Source of the DNA: an uncultured delta proteobacterium
GTDB lineage: Bacteria; Desulfobacterota; Syntrophorhabdia; Syntrophorhabdales; WCHB1-27
Direction of reading: 5' to 3'
Assembly: GCA_963810935.1 (NCBI GenBank)
Contig: CAWEPK010000009.1
Coordinates: 96,001-160,000, forward strand
DNA length: 64,000 nt
Shown: positions 1 to 9,954 of the stretch, piece by piece
How positions within the stretch are numbered: position 1 is the stretch's first letter
How the letters are laid out: every line of letters starts with the position of its first letter
The notes under the pieces: model-generated
The model's input: the letters and a program-made list of their open reading frames with translations, nothing else
Databases searched by the model: none
What the model was told of the DNA's origin: nothing
Made by a program: the position numbers and the translations under genes

Positions 1-82
1 AACTCGGGCAGAAAATGTTATTTTTGCTGAGGGGAAGAAATAAATACCCACACAGATCACAAGCGTATTCCTCAGGTATCAT
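1..82 (-). CDS. Small zinc-ribbon protein (FmdB-like), N-terminal part only; runs off the window
   Basis: Manual translation MIPEEYACDLCGYLFLPLSKNNIFCPS.. with CxxC...CP; AAGGAGG RBS at 93-99 on the minus strand; not in the ORF track. Confidence 0.6.
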   Translation of the reverse strand, partial: MIPEEYACDLCGYLFLPLSKNNIFCPS

Positions 83-307
83 CAGGTACTGTCCTCCTTA
101 TGTCGCGATACGGGACAGCAGACCACTAAGCGCCGCAAGCGCTCTTCATGAACGATAATCGCCCGGATACGGGCAAGAACCATAGTCTGTCCAGACGTGC
201 CGCTATGTTTAACGCGTGGAACTATTGCTTTCACTTCGGGCCTGTTGAACCCCTACATAGTATGCCGCCGGGCCGCTATTGTCAAGAGCCGAAAAACCCT
301 GTCCGGA

Positions 308-961
308 TTAGAAGAATTCGGAGAGGATCATGTCGAAGTTCTTCTGTACGGCCTCACGCCCTTTCAGCATGTCGCCGTGACCGGGGATCAGGTACTCGAT
401 GTCCAGTTTGGCGAGCTTCTTGAGGCTGGCGATAAGGAGCTCCGTGTCTCCGCCCGGCAGGTCCGTTCTGCCGACGCCTGAGGAGAAGATCGTATCGCCC
501 GCGATAAGGGCCTTCTCCTTTTTCATATAGAGGCAAATGGAGCCCGGCGAGTGGCCGGGAGTCTCGATCACGAGGAACTCCTTCTCTCCCAGAAAGAGCG
601 CCCCTTCTTTCAGGAGCAGCCTGAACGGCTTAGCGGGCGGGCGGGCGCCCATAGCGAGGAACAGCTCCTGCCCCTCTTTCTTCATGTAGGCGTATTCCCT
701 GTCGCCTATCGCCCGGAGCACGCTGTCCTCGAAGAGATCGGTCGCCTCCAGGTGGTCGGGGTGGGCATGGGTGAAAAGGACAAGTTTGATGCGACCTGAG
801 TCTATGCCGTCGCGGGCCATGGCAGAGGCAAGGTTGCCGAACAGGTGGGCGTGGCCCGGATCGATGAGAGTGGGCAGCTTACCGCCTATATATATCGAGT
901 TTGCGTTGTTCTCCTGGTAAGACTGCCAGGGATAGAAATTGACGTCATCGAAAACCCGCAT
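308..961 (-). CDS. MBL-fold metallo-hydrolase (glyoxalase II-like)
   Basis: THAHPDH, TPGHSPGS, GDTIF and PGHG motifs. Confidence 0.9.
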   Translation of the reverse strand: MRVFDDVNFYPWQSYQENNANSIYIGGKLPTLIDPGHAHLFGNLASAMARDGIDSGRIKLVLFTHAHPDHLEATDLFEDSVLRAIGDREYAYMKKEGQELFLAMGARPPAKPFRLLLKEGALFLGEKEFLVIETPGHSPGSICLYMKKEKALIAGDTIFSSGVGRTDLPGGDTELLIASLKKLAKLDIEYLIPGHGDMLKGREAVQKNFDMILSEFF

Positions 962-994
962 GTCAGCGCGCCCTCCGCATTGTTCGCCGTCTCT

Positions 995-1687
995 TTATGG
1001 GACCTGTATATTGAACTTTATCTCGGCTTCCGATCTTCGTCCATAGATCGGCTTCGTCTCCGGCCGGTCGCCTGCATCGAACCGGGCCAGGCCCACTGCA
1101 ATGAGCGCCTCTCCCGAGACCCTGCCGGAAGGACCATCGTCAATAATCTTGAGCCCCTCAATCCCGGTAAAGGCGCCCCTGCACGGCCTGATGCCCGTCC
1201 CGAAGCAGAGGCACGGGGTGGGGATCGACTCTTTTATCGTTTCAGGCTTTTGAGCGTGAAAACCGTCGATGCGGACCACTGCGCCCTTCTCGACGCGGTA
1301 AAGGGCGAAGAAGACCTCGCCTTTTTTGGCGTCGATGAGGGGACAAAGGTAATAGCCTTCCATAAACGCGAAGGGATGGACCAGGACGTCGGGGGTCGGC
1401 ACGCCGAAAAGCGGAACTCTGAGCCCTTGCGACAGCCCCTTGGCGAAAGCGAGGGCCCCCCTCACACCCGTGAACGAGCCGGGCCCCAGCGTAACGAGCA
1501 GCATCGAGAGGTCGGCTGCGGCAAACCCGTGGTCCGCCAGGAGTGAAAAGATCCTGCCGGGCAGCGTTTCCGAAGAATGGCGCTCCATCCTCGAATGGCG
1601 CTCCTCAACGAGCCTGCCTTCGATGCCGAGAACGACATTGATGAAATCCATCGAGTTGTCCAGGCCCAGGATAAGCCTATCGGACAT
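995..1687 (-). CDS. tsaB: tRNA threonylcarbamoyladenosine biosynthesis protein TsaB
   Basis: HSSETLP, GPGSFTGVRG, IDAKKGEVF and C-terminal PIYGRRSEAE motifs. Confidence 0.92.
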   Translation of the reverse strand: MSDRLILGLDNSMDFINVVLGIEGRLVEERHSRMERHSSETLPGRIFSLLADHGFAAADLSMLLVTLGPGSFTGVRGALAFAKGLSQGLRVPLFGVPTPDVLVHPFAFMEGYYLCPLIDAKKGEVFFALYRVEKGAVVRIDGFHAQKPETIKESIPTPCLCFGTGIRPCRGAFTGIEGLKIIDDGPSGRVSGEALIAVGLARFDAGDRPETKPIYGRRSEAEIKFNIQVP

Positions 1688-2750
1688 GAAAAAGCCTCAT
1701 GAAATCGTTGAAGAAGGCAAGCGCCATGATGCACAGGATGATGCCGAGCCCCACCTTCTGCGCGATCTCTACGACCTTGGTCGGGATCTTCCGCCTCACT
1801 ACGATCTCTATTATGGAAAAGGCTATGTGGCCGCCGTCGAGGATCGGCACAGGCAGCAAATTGAGCACACCCAGGTTGATGCTTATCAGGGCGAGGAAGG
1901 ATAAAAAGCTGCTCTTTCCAGCCTTGGCCTGTTGCCCGACCTGCTGGAAGATCAATATGGGGCCGCCGACGTTTTTCGTGGAGATGCTGCCCTTTATGAG
2001 CTTTACGATGCCTATCACCGTAAGCTCCGTCAGGCCCGCCGTATCGGTGAATGCCTTCGACACTGCCGCGACCGGCGACTCTCTCCTGGTCTCCAGCGTG
2101 GGGGCGATCCCTATCAGCTTGGTCTTTCCCACAACCTCCTGGAAGACGTTCTTTTCGTCCCGCACCCTGGGAGTGATCCATACATTCACGGTACGGCCGC
2201 CCCTGTCGATCTGGAAGTCCAGCGGGCGCGCCTGCGTGCCGCTAGTGATCGTCTTCTGGAGGTCTATCCAGTCATGGACCTCTTTCCCGTCGATCCGCTT
2301 TATGATATCGCCCTGCTTCAGCCCCGCGGTATAGGCCGGCTCGCCCGGCATAACCTGACCTACCTGCGTGCTCGTCGATGGGACCGGGTAGCCCGTCGTG
2401 AAAATGACGAAGAAGATCAATACGGCGAAAAGCACGTTGAAGAATGGGCCTGCAAAAGCGATCAGGGTCCTGACGTGCGGCGGCTTGTTGGCGAAAGACC
2501 GGGACGCCTCTCCTTCCGGCACCACGTCGTCCGTAGATTCGCCCAGCATCTTGACGTACCCGCCCAGCGGCAGGGCGGAGATAGCATACTCAGTTTCGCC
2601 TTTCTTGAAGGTAAGGAGCTTCTTGCCGAAGCCCAGGGAGAAGGTGAGCACCTTCACGCCCGCTATGCGTGCGACCAGAAAATGGCCGAACTCATGTACG
2701 AATATGAGAATGCTCAGGACTATGATGAAGTAGACCAGGTTAAGAAGCAT
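1677..2750 (-). CDS. rseP: RIP metalloprotease RseP
   Basis: HEFGH, GGYVKM, PDZ region, NLLPVPILDGGH; start placed at the ATG overlapping the dxr stop. Confidence 0.95.
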   Translation of the reverse strand: MLLNLVYFIIVLSILIFVHEFGHFLVARIAGVKVLTFSLGFGKKLLTFKKGETEYAISALPLGGYVKMLGESTDDVVPEGEASRSFANKPPHVRTLIAFAGPFFNVLFAVLIFFVIFTTGYPVPSTSTQVGQVMPGEPAYTAGLKQGDIIKRIDGKEVHDWIDLQKTITSGTQARPLDFQIDRGGRTVNVWITPRVRDEKNVFQEVVGKTKLIGIAPTLETRRESPVAAVSKAFTDTAGLTELTVIGIVKLIKGSISTKNVGGPILIFQQVGQQAKAGKSSFLSFLALISINLGVLNLLPVPILDGGHIAFSIIEIVVRRKIPTKVVEIAQKVGLGIILCIMALAFFNDFMRLFHVR

Positions 2751-3895
2751 CAATCCTCCTTGAGGAGCGTTTCCATATATCCCTGCGTCCACCCCTCTAT
2801 CTCCCAGATGGTATCCAGGTCGTCTATCTCCCGTACAAAGGGGTGTCGGGCGAGCGCCTCCTCAACAAGGCGCGGAATATCGGTAAAGCCTATCTTTCCG
2901 TCGAGAAAGGCGGAAGCTGCCATCTCGTTGGCTACGTTGAGCGTGATGAGTGCGCTGTCGCCGGCGGCCAGCGCCTCGTAGGCTAGCTTGAGGGCCGGGA
3001 ACCGCGCGGTGTCCGGCTCGTAAAAAGTGAGCTTGCCGCGGCTCGCCAGGTCTATCCTGCCGAACGGTATCTCTTTGCGCTGTCCGCCGTTCAGCGCATA
3101 GGCGATGGGTATCTTCATGTCGGGGTAAGCGAGATAGGCCGAAAGCGCCCCGTCGATGAAATGGACCATGCCGTGTACGACGCTCTCGGGATGGACGAGC
3201 ACGCCGATCTTCTCCGCCTCCATGCCGAAAAGCCACCGGGCCTCTATGACTTCCAGCCCTTTGTTCATCAGCGTCGCGGAGTCGATCGTCACCTTTCTGC
3301 CCATCTGCCAGGTGGGATGGCGAAGGGCGTGCTCTGCTGTAACGCCTTTCAGCTCCTCCGCCGAATGGTCCCTGAAGGGACCGCCGGAGGCGGTTATGAT
3401 CAGCCGCTCTATCTCGTTCCGATCGACGCCCTGCAACAATTGATATAGCGCCGAATGCTCGCTGTCAATGGGAAGGAGGACCGCGCCGTCGCGCTGCCTC
3501 AGGCGCTCGATCAGCCTGCCCGCCATGACCAGGCTCTCCTTGTTGGCAAGGCCGAGGGCGTGTCCGCTTTTAAGCGCCTCGATCGTCGGCTCGAGCCCTA
3601 TGCTGCCGGGCAATGCGTTGACGACCATCCACGCGTCTTCGGAAATAACGGCCTTCATGCCCTCCCGGCCGGTCAGCCTGCGGGCCGCCCCGAAATCTAC
3701 GGTGTCCGCCAGGTCTTCACGCCAGATGCATGCGACGCGCGGCCTGAAGCGCCTTATCTGCTCGCTGAACAACCGTGCGTTTTCGCGGCAGGCAAGCGCG
3801 ACAACCTCGAACTCGTCCGGCTGGTTCGCTATCACCTCGAGCGTCGACCGGCCGATGGAGCCTGTGGAGCCAAGTATGATTATCCCCTTTTTCAT
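2750..3895 (-). CDS. dxr: 1-deoxy-D-xylulose-5-phosphate reductoisomerase
   Basis: LGSTGSIG, LANKESLV, PIDSEHSA, TASGGPFR, HPTWQMG, NKGLEVIEA. Confidence 0.97.
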   Translation of the reverse strand: MKKGIIILGSTGSIGRSTLEVIANQPDEFEVVALACRENARLFSEQIRRFRPRVACIWREDLADTVDFGAARRLTGREGMKAVISEDAWMVVNALPGSIGLEPTIEALKSGHALGLANKESLVMAGRLIERLRQRDGAVLLPIDSEHSALYQLLQGVDRNEIERLIITASGGPFRDHSAEELKGVTAEHALRHPTWQMGRKVTIDSATLMNKGLEVIEARWLFGMEAEKIGVLVHPESVVHGMVHFIDGALSAYLAYPDMKIPIAYALNGGQRKEIPFGRIDLASRGKLTFYEPDTARFPALKLAYEALAAGDSALITLNVANEMAASAFLDGKIGFTDIPRLVEEALARHPFVREIDDLDTIWEIEGWTQGYMETLLKED

Positions 3896-4686
3896 CCCCC
3901 AAACCCCGCGAGATAGTAATAAAGGAAAGGCGCCGTCAGGATGAAGCTGTCGATCCTGTCGAGGAGGCCCCCGTGACCCGGAATAAGACCCGACGAATCC
4001 TTAACCTCGTACACCCTTTTCGCAACCGATTCGAGTACGTCGCCCAGTTGCCCGAGAAGACCGATGAGGCACCCCACGCCGACCGAAGCCGGCGGAGCCA
4101 TGCCCTCCATTTTCCTGAACAGGAGCGTAACGACAGCCGCTCCCGCAAGCGCGCCGAGCAGTCCCTCGTATGTTTTCTTGGGACTGATAAGCGGGGCCAG
4201 CTTATGCCTGCCCATGCTTTTGCCGACAAGATAGGCCGCGGTATCGCTCGCCCATATCGCCAGCACCAGTGCAAGCGGGGCAAGGGGGGCGATCTCTTTC
4301 AGCCTGCACAGAAAGAAAAGCGGCAGCGCAAGGAAGACCTCGGCAGCCACAAGGACCGCGACCGCCCTCCCGATCTCTCTGTTCAGTGAAGCGTCCCCAC
4401 GTCCGGGACACGCCATCCTGAAGGCGAGATAGGCAGCAGGCGACAGAAGAAGCCACAAAGGGTAGAACGCCGGACCGATATACAGGGGCGCCAGGGTCAG
4501 GACAGCCAGGACCGTGAGCGTTTTTCGATTGGCCGCCTGCGCCATCGACATGAACTCGTATACGGCCGCCGCAAGCACGCACCCCATGAATATGAACAAC
4601 AGTTTTGCCGGCAAAAAAATGAGAATGAGGACGATTATGGGGCCTATGATCAGCGCGGAAAGAAGTCTCTTGCCGAAATCACCCAC
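3892..4686 (-). CDS. cdsA: Phosphatidate cytidylyltransferase
   Basis: DTAAY, SPKKTYEG, GDVLES, KDSSGLIPGHGGLLDRIDS; conserved synteny. Confidence 0.95.
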   Translation of the reverse strand: MGDFGKRLLSALIIGPIIVLILIFLPAKLLFIFMGCVLAAAVYEFMSMAQAANRKTLTVLAVLTLAPLYIGPAFYPLWLLLSPAAYLAFRMACPGRGDASLNREIGRAVAVLVAAEVFLALPLFFLCRLKEIAPLAPLALVLAIWASDTAAYLVGKSMGRHKLAPLISPKKTYEGLLGALAGAAVVTLLFRKMEGMAPPASVGVGCLIGLLGQLGDVLESVAKRVYEVKDSSGLIPGHGGLLDRIDSFILTAPFLYYYLAGFGG

Positions 4687-5405
4687 TTAAACCGCCTTCA
4701 GGGTGCCGAATCTTCTCTTTCTTCCCATGAAGTTCTTCAGCGCCTCCAGATAGGCCGCCTTCCTGAAGTCGGGCCAAAGCGTCTCCGTCACGTATATCTC
4801 GGTATAGGCCATCTGCCACAGCAGAAAGTTGGAGAGCCTCATCTCCCCGCTCGTCCTTATCAAAAGGTCGGGGTCCGGCATACCTGCCGTGTAGAGGTGC
4901 TTGCTGAAAAGCTCCTCGTCGATGCTCGTCTTTCCGTCCTTCGCCGCGGCATCGCATGTCAGCCGGGCGGCCCGGAGTATCTCCTCCCTGCCGCTGTACG
5001 ATAATGCGATGCTGAGCAGAAGGGAGCGGTTGCTCTTCGTCTTCTCCATGACACTGCTCAGTTGTTCCTGCAGCTCGGCGGGAAGGTCGCTTGTCGCCCC
5101 TATCGTGTTGAACCTCACGTCTTTATCGAGCATGAGGGACAGGCTCTCTTTCGAGGTAGAGGGCGAGCAACTGAAGGAGCGCCGTCACCTCGTTCCTGGG
5201 ACGCGACCAGTTTTCCTTGGAAAAGGCGTAGAGCGTCAGGTAAGGGATATCGAGCCTCTCGCGTAGTCGTCACTACCTCCCTTACCGATTCTATGCCTGC
5301 GATATGACCTTCAACCCTGGGAAGCGCCCGGCTCCTGGCCCATCTTCCGTTGCCGTCCATGATAATGGCGACGTGTCGCGGGAGCTTCCTCTTGTTTACC
5401 TCCAT
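4687..5405 (-). CDS. uppS: Undecaprenyl diphosphate synthase, interrupted by two apparent +1 indels (~5255, ~5142), probably sequencing errors
   Basis: [13 protein letters not shown] (5' frame), [15 protein letters not shown] (middle frame), [22 protein letters not shown] (3' frame); removing one base at each site gives one ORF. Confidence 0.93.
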
Positions 5406-5409
5406 AACG

Positions 5410-5967
5410 TCAGATCTCCAGGATCTCTTTTTCCTTATCGGAATAAATGGCGTCGGCCGAGCTTATGTACTTGTCGGTCGTCTTCTGGACGTCCTCCTGG
5501 AGCTTGAACACTTCGTCCTTCGAAAGCGCCTTGTCTTTCTCCATTTTTTTCAGCTTCTCGTTCGTCTCTCTTCTGACGTTCCGCATGGCCACTTTCGCAG
5601 TCTCCAGCATTTTGCCGCCGAGCTTCACGAGGTCTTTCCTGCGCTCCTCGGTAAGCCTGGGGAAGACGAGGCGAATGACCTTGCCGTCGGACATCGGGTT
5701 TACGCCGAGGTCCGACTTCATGATGGCTTTCTCCAGCTCCGCTATCGCGGAGGTGTCCCACGGCTGGATGGTGATGGTCCTCGAATCGGGCGCGGCGATG
5801 GCCGCCATCTGGTTGAGCGGCGTGGGCTGGCCGTAATAGGCCACCCTTATGTCTTCAAGGAGCGAGATCGAAGCAACGCCCGTTCTGAGCTTCGACAGGT
5901 CCTTTTTCAGAGTGCTTATCGTTTTCTTGAGCTTATCCTCAAATTCGGCCGGCAGCTCGCTTGCCAT
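5410..5967 (-). CDS. frr: Ribosome recycling factor
   Basis: [34 protein letters not shown]. Confidence 0.97.
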   Translation of the reverse strand: MASELPAEFEDKLKKTISTLKKDLSKLRTGVASISLLEDIRVAYYGQPTPLNQMAAIAAPDSRTITIQPWDTSAIAELEKAIMKSDLGVNPMSDGKVIRLVFPRLTEERRKDLVKLGGKMLETAKVAMRNVRRETNEKLKKMEKDKALSKDEVFKLQEDVQKTTDKYISSADAIYSDKEKEILEI

Positions 5968-5969
5968 AT

Positions 5970-6680
5970 TCACCCCCTGACGATAGTGCCCGTCCGTTCT
6001 CCCCGGACAACGCGCTTCAGGTTCCCCTTCTGCCTGAGATTAAAAACGATGATGGGCAGGTTGTTCTCCATACAAAGCGATATGGCCGTCGCGTCCATAA
6101 CCGCAAGTTTCCGCCTGAGCGCCTCGGTATACGTGACCTCCGGCAAAAAAACGGCGTCGCTGTTCTTCTCCGGGTCTTTGTCGTAGACGCCGTCCACCTT
6201 CGTCGCCTTCAGCATGATCTCTGCGTCCACCTCGACGGCCCTCAGGGCCGCGGCCGTGTCGGTCGTGAAAAACGGGTTCCCCGTCCCGCCTGCGAATATC
6301 ACCACCCTGCCTTCTTCGAGGTATCGTATAGCCTTGTTTCTGTCGAAGGGTTCTGCGACGTTTCCGACGGGAAGGGCCGTCTGCAGGCTCACCGGCAGGC
6401 CGAGTTGCCCCAGCCGGGATTTTAAGGCCAGGCAATTCAGCACTGTGGCGAGCATACCCATGTAGTCGCCCGTCACCCTGTCGATCCCCTGTTTTTCCGC
6501 GCGCATGCCCCTGAAAATGTTCCCGCCGCCGATGACGACCGCCAACTCGACGCCCGCCTCCCTGACGTCCTTGATCTCGGAAGCGATCTCGCCGATGGTT
6601 TGCGGGTCTATGCCGTAACCCGCCGTCCCCATCAACGCCTCGCCGCTCAGCTTCAGGAGGATGCGCTTATAAGGGGCCAT
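5970..6680 (-). CDS. pyrH: UMP kinase
   Basis: LLKLSGEALMG, GGGNIFRG, GTGNPFFTTDT. Confidence 0.98.
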   Translation of the reverse strand: MAPYKRILLKLSGEALMGTAGYGIDPQTIGEIASEIKDVREAGVELAVVIGGGNIFRGMRAEKQGIDRVTGDYMGMLATVLNCLALKSRLGQLGLPVSLQTALPVGNVAEPFDRNKAIRYLEEGRVVIFAGGTGNPFFTTDTAAALRAVEVDAEIMLKATKVDGVYDKDPEKNSDAVFLPEVTYTEALRRKLAVMDATAISLCMENNLPIIVFNLRQKGNLKRVVRGERTGTIVRG

Positions 6681-6685
6681 TTCCG

Positions 6686-7288
6686 CTATTCGACCGTCTC
6701 ACCCAACTGGTACCTTATAAACCGCCGCACGAGTATATGTTCGCCCATCTTCGCGATGAGGTCGTCGAGCAGCTTCTTGATCGTGACGTCCGGGTCCTTT
6801 ATGAACTGCTGGTCCATGAGGCAGGATTCCTGATAGTACTTCTCCAGTTTGCCTTCCGCGATCTTGTCGAGGATCTTGTCGGGCTTGCCGGCCTCTTTCG
6901 CCTGCTTCCTGTAAATCTCCATTTCCTTGGCGCGGACGTCTTCGGGGACGTCTTCCCTTCTGACGTAGGTGGGGTTAGCGGCCGTCACCTGCATGGCCAC
7001 GTCCTTCGCGAACGCCTGGAACTGGTCCGTCTTGGCGACGAAATCGGTCTCGCAGTTTACCTCCACCATCGTGGCGATCTTGCCGCCCATGTGGATGTAG
7101 ACCGCTATAGTCCCTTCGGTAGCGGCCCTGGTTGCCCTTTTCTGGGCCTTCGCAAGGCCTTTCTCGCGGAGATAATCGACCGCCTTGTTCATGTCCCCGC
7201 CGGAGACTTTGAGCGCCTCCTTGCAATCCATCAGACCGACGCCGGTCTTTTCTCTCAGTGTCTTTACCTGTTCCGCAGTTATATCCAT
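6686..7288 (-). CDS. tsf: Elongation factor Ts (short form)
   Basis: LREKTGVGLMDCKEAL, EVNCETDFVAK. Confidence 0.98.
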   Translation of the reverse strand: MDITAEQVKTLREKTGVGLMDCKEALKVSGGDMNKAVDYLREKGLAKAQKRATRAATEGTIAVYIHMGGKIATMVEVNCETDFVAKTDQFQAFAKDVAMQVTAANPTYVRREDVPEDVRAKEMEIYRKQAKEAGKPDKILDKIAEGKLEKYYQESCLMDQQFIKDPDVTIKKLLDDLIAKMGEHILVRRFIRYQLGETVE

Positions 7289-7300
7289 CGGTAGCCTCCC

Positions 7301-8092
7301 TTACTCGCCTTCCACGACGCCGGCGTCGTATTTTTCTTCAAGCACGCTCTCGTCGATGAAAGGCTTGGGCCCTTCTTTTTCGTCTTCCTTACCCTGGAAT
7401 TCCTCTACATAAAGCGCCCTGCCTTCGAGCACCGCGTCGGCGATCTTCGACGTGATCAGCTTGATAGCCCGTATCGCGTCGTCGTTCCCCGGGATGATGT
7501 AATCGATGTCGTCCGGGTCGCAGTTCGTGTCTACGATGCCTACCGTCGGTATGCCGAGCTTCTTTGCCTCGTTGACCGCGATATATTCTTTCTTCGGGTC
7601 CACTATGTAGATAGCGCCGGGCAGCCTGTCCATGTTTTTTATGCCGCCGAGGTGCCTTTCGAGCTTCACTATCTCGCGGTCTATGCTCAGGGCCTCCTTC
7701 TTCGGAAGGACCTTGAAGATATCGCTGTTCTTCAGCTCCTCGTACTTCCGCAGCCTGTCGATGCTCTTGTCGATGGTCTGGTAGTTAGTCAGCGTGCCGC
7801 CGAGCCACCTGACGTTCACGTGGAAGGCCGAACAACGCCGGGCCTCCTCGACGATGGCCTCCTGCGCCTGCTTTTTTGTCCCGACAAAAAGAACGTATTC
7901 GTTCCGGGAAGCGACCTCTTTGACGAAGTTGTAAGCCTCCTTGAACATCTTGAGCGTCTTTTGCAGGTCGATGATGTAGATGCCGTTCCTTGCCCCGAAG
8001 ATGTAAGGCTTCATCTTGGGGTTCCAGCGTTTTGTCTGGTGTCCGAAATGGACACCGGCTTCGAGCAATTGTTTAATGGTTAAATTCGACAT
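7301..8092 (-). CDS. rpsB: 30S ribosomal protein S2
   Basis: [43 protein letters not shown] before ATG at 8092. Confidence 0.98.
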   Translation of the reverse strand: MSNLTIKQLLEAGVHFGHQTKRWNPKMKPYIFGARNGIYIIDLQKTLKMFKEAYNFVKEVASRNEYVLFVGTKKQAQEAIVEEARRCSAFHVNVRWLGGTLTNYQTIDKSIDRLRKYEELKNSDIFKVLPKKEALSIDREIVKLERHLGGIKNMDRLPGAIYIVDPKKEYIAVNEAKKLGIPTVGIVDTNCDPDDIDYIIPGNDDAIRAIKLITSKIADAVLEGRALYVEEFQGKEDEKEGPKPFIDESVLEEKYDAGVVEGE

Positions 8093-8099
8093 CGGACCT

Positions 8100-8185
8100 C
8101 CTGGTTTTATCTTCCGCCTTTCGCGCTTCGGCCCAAGACACGAAAAGATTGTGCACCCTTGGGCCGATTGAAAGACGTGCAGAAT
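8100..8185 (-). promoter_or_regulatory. Structured rpsB 5' leader (putative S2 autoregulatory element)
   Basis: Perfect 10-bp inverted repeat TCGGCCCAAG (8128-8137) / CTTGGGCCGA (8158-8167) with outer pairing, directly upstream of the rpsB RBS. Confidence 0.6.
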
Positions 8186-8355
8186 AAATACAACGTTCAG
8201 TATACGACAAAAAAGGGCCTTTCTCAAGAAGAATTAGGCCGGGCCGGCCGTTACCGGTATGCAAAATAAAACAGTCGCCCGCATTCCCAGGCGCGGACAA
8301 ACTGCCCCAAGGGAGGCGAATAATGAAAAGTTTTGACATTCAGGACACTTGTGCC

Positions 8356-8384
8356 TTGAACCTTAACCGGAACAAAACTATATT
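8356..8384 (+). promoter_or_regulatory. Putative sigma70-type promoter of the DUF5132/HMA_2/ATPase operon
   Basis: TTGAAC-17 nt-TATATT about 40 nt upstream of the first CDS. Confidence 0.4.
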
Positions 8385-8424
8385 TAACGAATGGGAGTTT
8401 TCCAACTAACCTGGGGGTGTAAAC

Positions 8425-8691
8425 GTGGCTTGGCTCAAAGGTAACATCATGACGGCATTAGCAATCGGAATAGGCTCCGCAGTACTCGCGCCGTTGGTAA
8501 CGCCTGTCCTGTCGAAGGCCGCAAAGCCTCTCGCGAAAGCAGCCATAAAAGGAGGCATCTCCCTCCTCGAGGCGGGTAAAGAAAAGTTCGCCGAGATGCA
8601 TGAGGTCATGGACGACCTCATGGCCGAGGCGAAGGCGGAGATAGTTGCCGAGCAGGCCGCGGCGATAGAAGACCAGGGTAAGGACGCGTAG
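8425..8691 (+). CDS. DUF5132-type small membrane protein (FezA/MamC-like)
   Basis: Hydrophobic Gly/Ala-rich N-terminus (ALAIGIGSAVLAP), KPLAKAAIKGG, acidic helical tail DDLMAEAKAE; GGGGG RBS and GTG start. Confidence 0.75.
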   Translation: MAWLKGNIMTALAIGIGSAVLAPLVTPVLSKAAKPLAKAAIKGGISLLEAGKEKFAEMHEVMDDLMAEAKAEIVAEQAAAIEDQGKDA

Positions 8692-8698
8692 GCCGACC

Positions 8699-9199
8699 AT
8701 GATACCGGATGCTTTTATTACACACCGAACGGCAGGCAGGCTGCGGCTGCGGGTCCCATCCAGGAGAGGAAACCTTGTATATTTCGCTTCCGTGCGCGAC
8801 GCGCTCTCAAGCGTAAAAGGCGTGGACAGCATCGAAGTGTCGCCCATGACGGGCAGTATCCTCGTGCGCATGAGCGCGCCGTTCGAAGCCATCGACGCTG
8901 CGCGCCCGGCTGACCTTTTCAACGTCGTCGAGGCGCCTCAAGCGGAGGAGGGAGCGACCGGCCTCCAGACTTCCGTCTCGGCCCTCTTCGGCTCCATTGA
9001 CGACCGCATAAAATCCGCTACGGGAAAAGGCGTAGACCTCGCCGGTATAGCCTTTCTGGGCCTAGTGGCAGCGGGAATCTATCAGATAGCGCGAGGCAAT
9101 TTTACGGCCCCGGCCTGGTACACCGCTTTCTGGTACGCCTTCGGGGTATTCGGCAAGTCGGGCAAGAAAAACGGGGAAGGCGAAAAGAGCCCGACATAG
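8699..9199 (+). CDS. HMA_2-domain membrane protein (FezC-like)
   Basis: N-terminal HRTAGRLRLR...VSPMTGSILV HMA_2 signature without CxxC; C-terminal TM region GIYQIARG...PAWYTAFWYA. Confidence 0.75.
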   Translation: MIPDAFITHRTAGRLRLRVPSRRGNLVYFASVRDALSSVKGVDSIEVSPMTGSILVRMSAPFEAIDAARPADLFNVVEAPQAEEGATGLQTSVSALFGSIDDRIKSATGKGVDLAGIAFLGLVAAGIYQIARGNFTAPAWYTAFWYAFGVFGKSGKKNGEGEKSPT

Positions 9200-9258
9200 T
9201 AAAGAAGAACAAGCCGCCATGCTGCAAATAAATGAATGAAGTGAAGGAGGAACCTAAA

Positions 9259-9951
9259 ATGGAACCGAAGACAGAGGCAGGCGAAGCCAAAGACAAGATC
9301 GAAAACGATTTGGGCCGGGCAGGCACGGCAGTGAAGGAAGGCGTGGTCCGCAGCCTTAAGGGCCTTAACGAGATAGAGGCGGATATCGTAAGCCTGGTAA
9401 GGAATACCGTAGCAGACAGCCTTAAGCTCACCTCCGATACGGCGGGCATGAGCCTCAACCTTACGACGGAGGTCGTCAAAGGTGCGATAAGGGCGACCGA
9501 AGAGGTAGGCACGGGCCTAATCCTCAGCACCAAGAGCGTCACCAAGGGCATCATCATGGGCTTTGGCGACGTCGGCGGGGACGTGGTGGGCATTGCCAGC
9601 CAGACCGTTAAAGGCGCGGTCAAAGGGGCCGCAGAGGTCGGCGCCGACGTATCCATGGTCGCAAGGCGCGCCGTAGACGGGGCGATAGAGGCAGGAAAAG
9701 AGGTCGGGGTCAACGCGGAGGAGATGGCCAGGGTGGCTATATCAGGCGCAGTCGAGGCAGCCGGGACCATCGGCGTGACGGCAGTCAAGGCGGTCAGAGA
9801 GATGCTGATGGGCGTGGCCGAAGGCGTGCGGGACTTCGTAGGGACGCTGCTCGCCGCCAAACCGGCTGCGGCCGGCGCAGCCAAAGAAGAGAGCGGGACA
9901 CCAGAGGAAAGACCTTCCCCGCCCGAGCAGCGACGGAGGTCGAAAGAGTAG
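9259..9951 (+). CDS. Hypothetical protein with tandem 22-aa amphipathic repeats
   Basis: AAGGAGG RBS before ATG 9259; five consecutive 22-aa units of the pattern V(K/D/S)GA(I/V)xxxxEVG. Confidence 0.8.
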   Translation: MEPKTEAGEAKDKIENDLGRAGTAVKEGVVRSLKGLNEIEADIVSLVRNTVADSLKLTSDTAGMSLNLTTEVVKGAIRATEEVGTGLILSTKSVTKGIIMGFGDVGGDVVGIASQTVKGAVKGAAEVGADVSMVARRAVDGAIEAGKEVGVNAEEMARVAISGAVEAAGTIGVTAVKAVREMLMGVAEGVRDFVGTLLAAKPAAAGAAKEESGTPEERPSPPEQRRRSKE

Positions 9952-9954
9952 TCC

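Noticed and set aside
100..300. Riboswitch or 6S RNA in the intergenic region
   Set aside because: No recognisable conserved motifs; only an Rfam scan could settle it.
4687..5405. uppS as a pseudogene or programmed frameshift
   Set aside because: Normally essential gene in a conserved operon, no slippery sequence, and both lesions fit the AGCT error pattern.
8388..8412. Possible Fur/MntR box downstream of the putative promoter (ATGGGAGTTTTCCAACTAAC)
   Set aside because: Dyad spacing does not fit a Fur box, and a similar GAGTTT..TAAC upstream of 15920 has different spacing.
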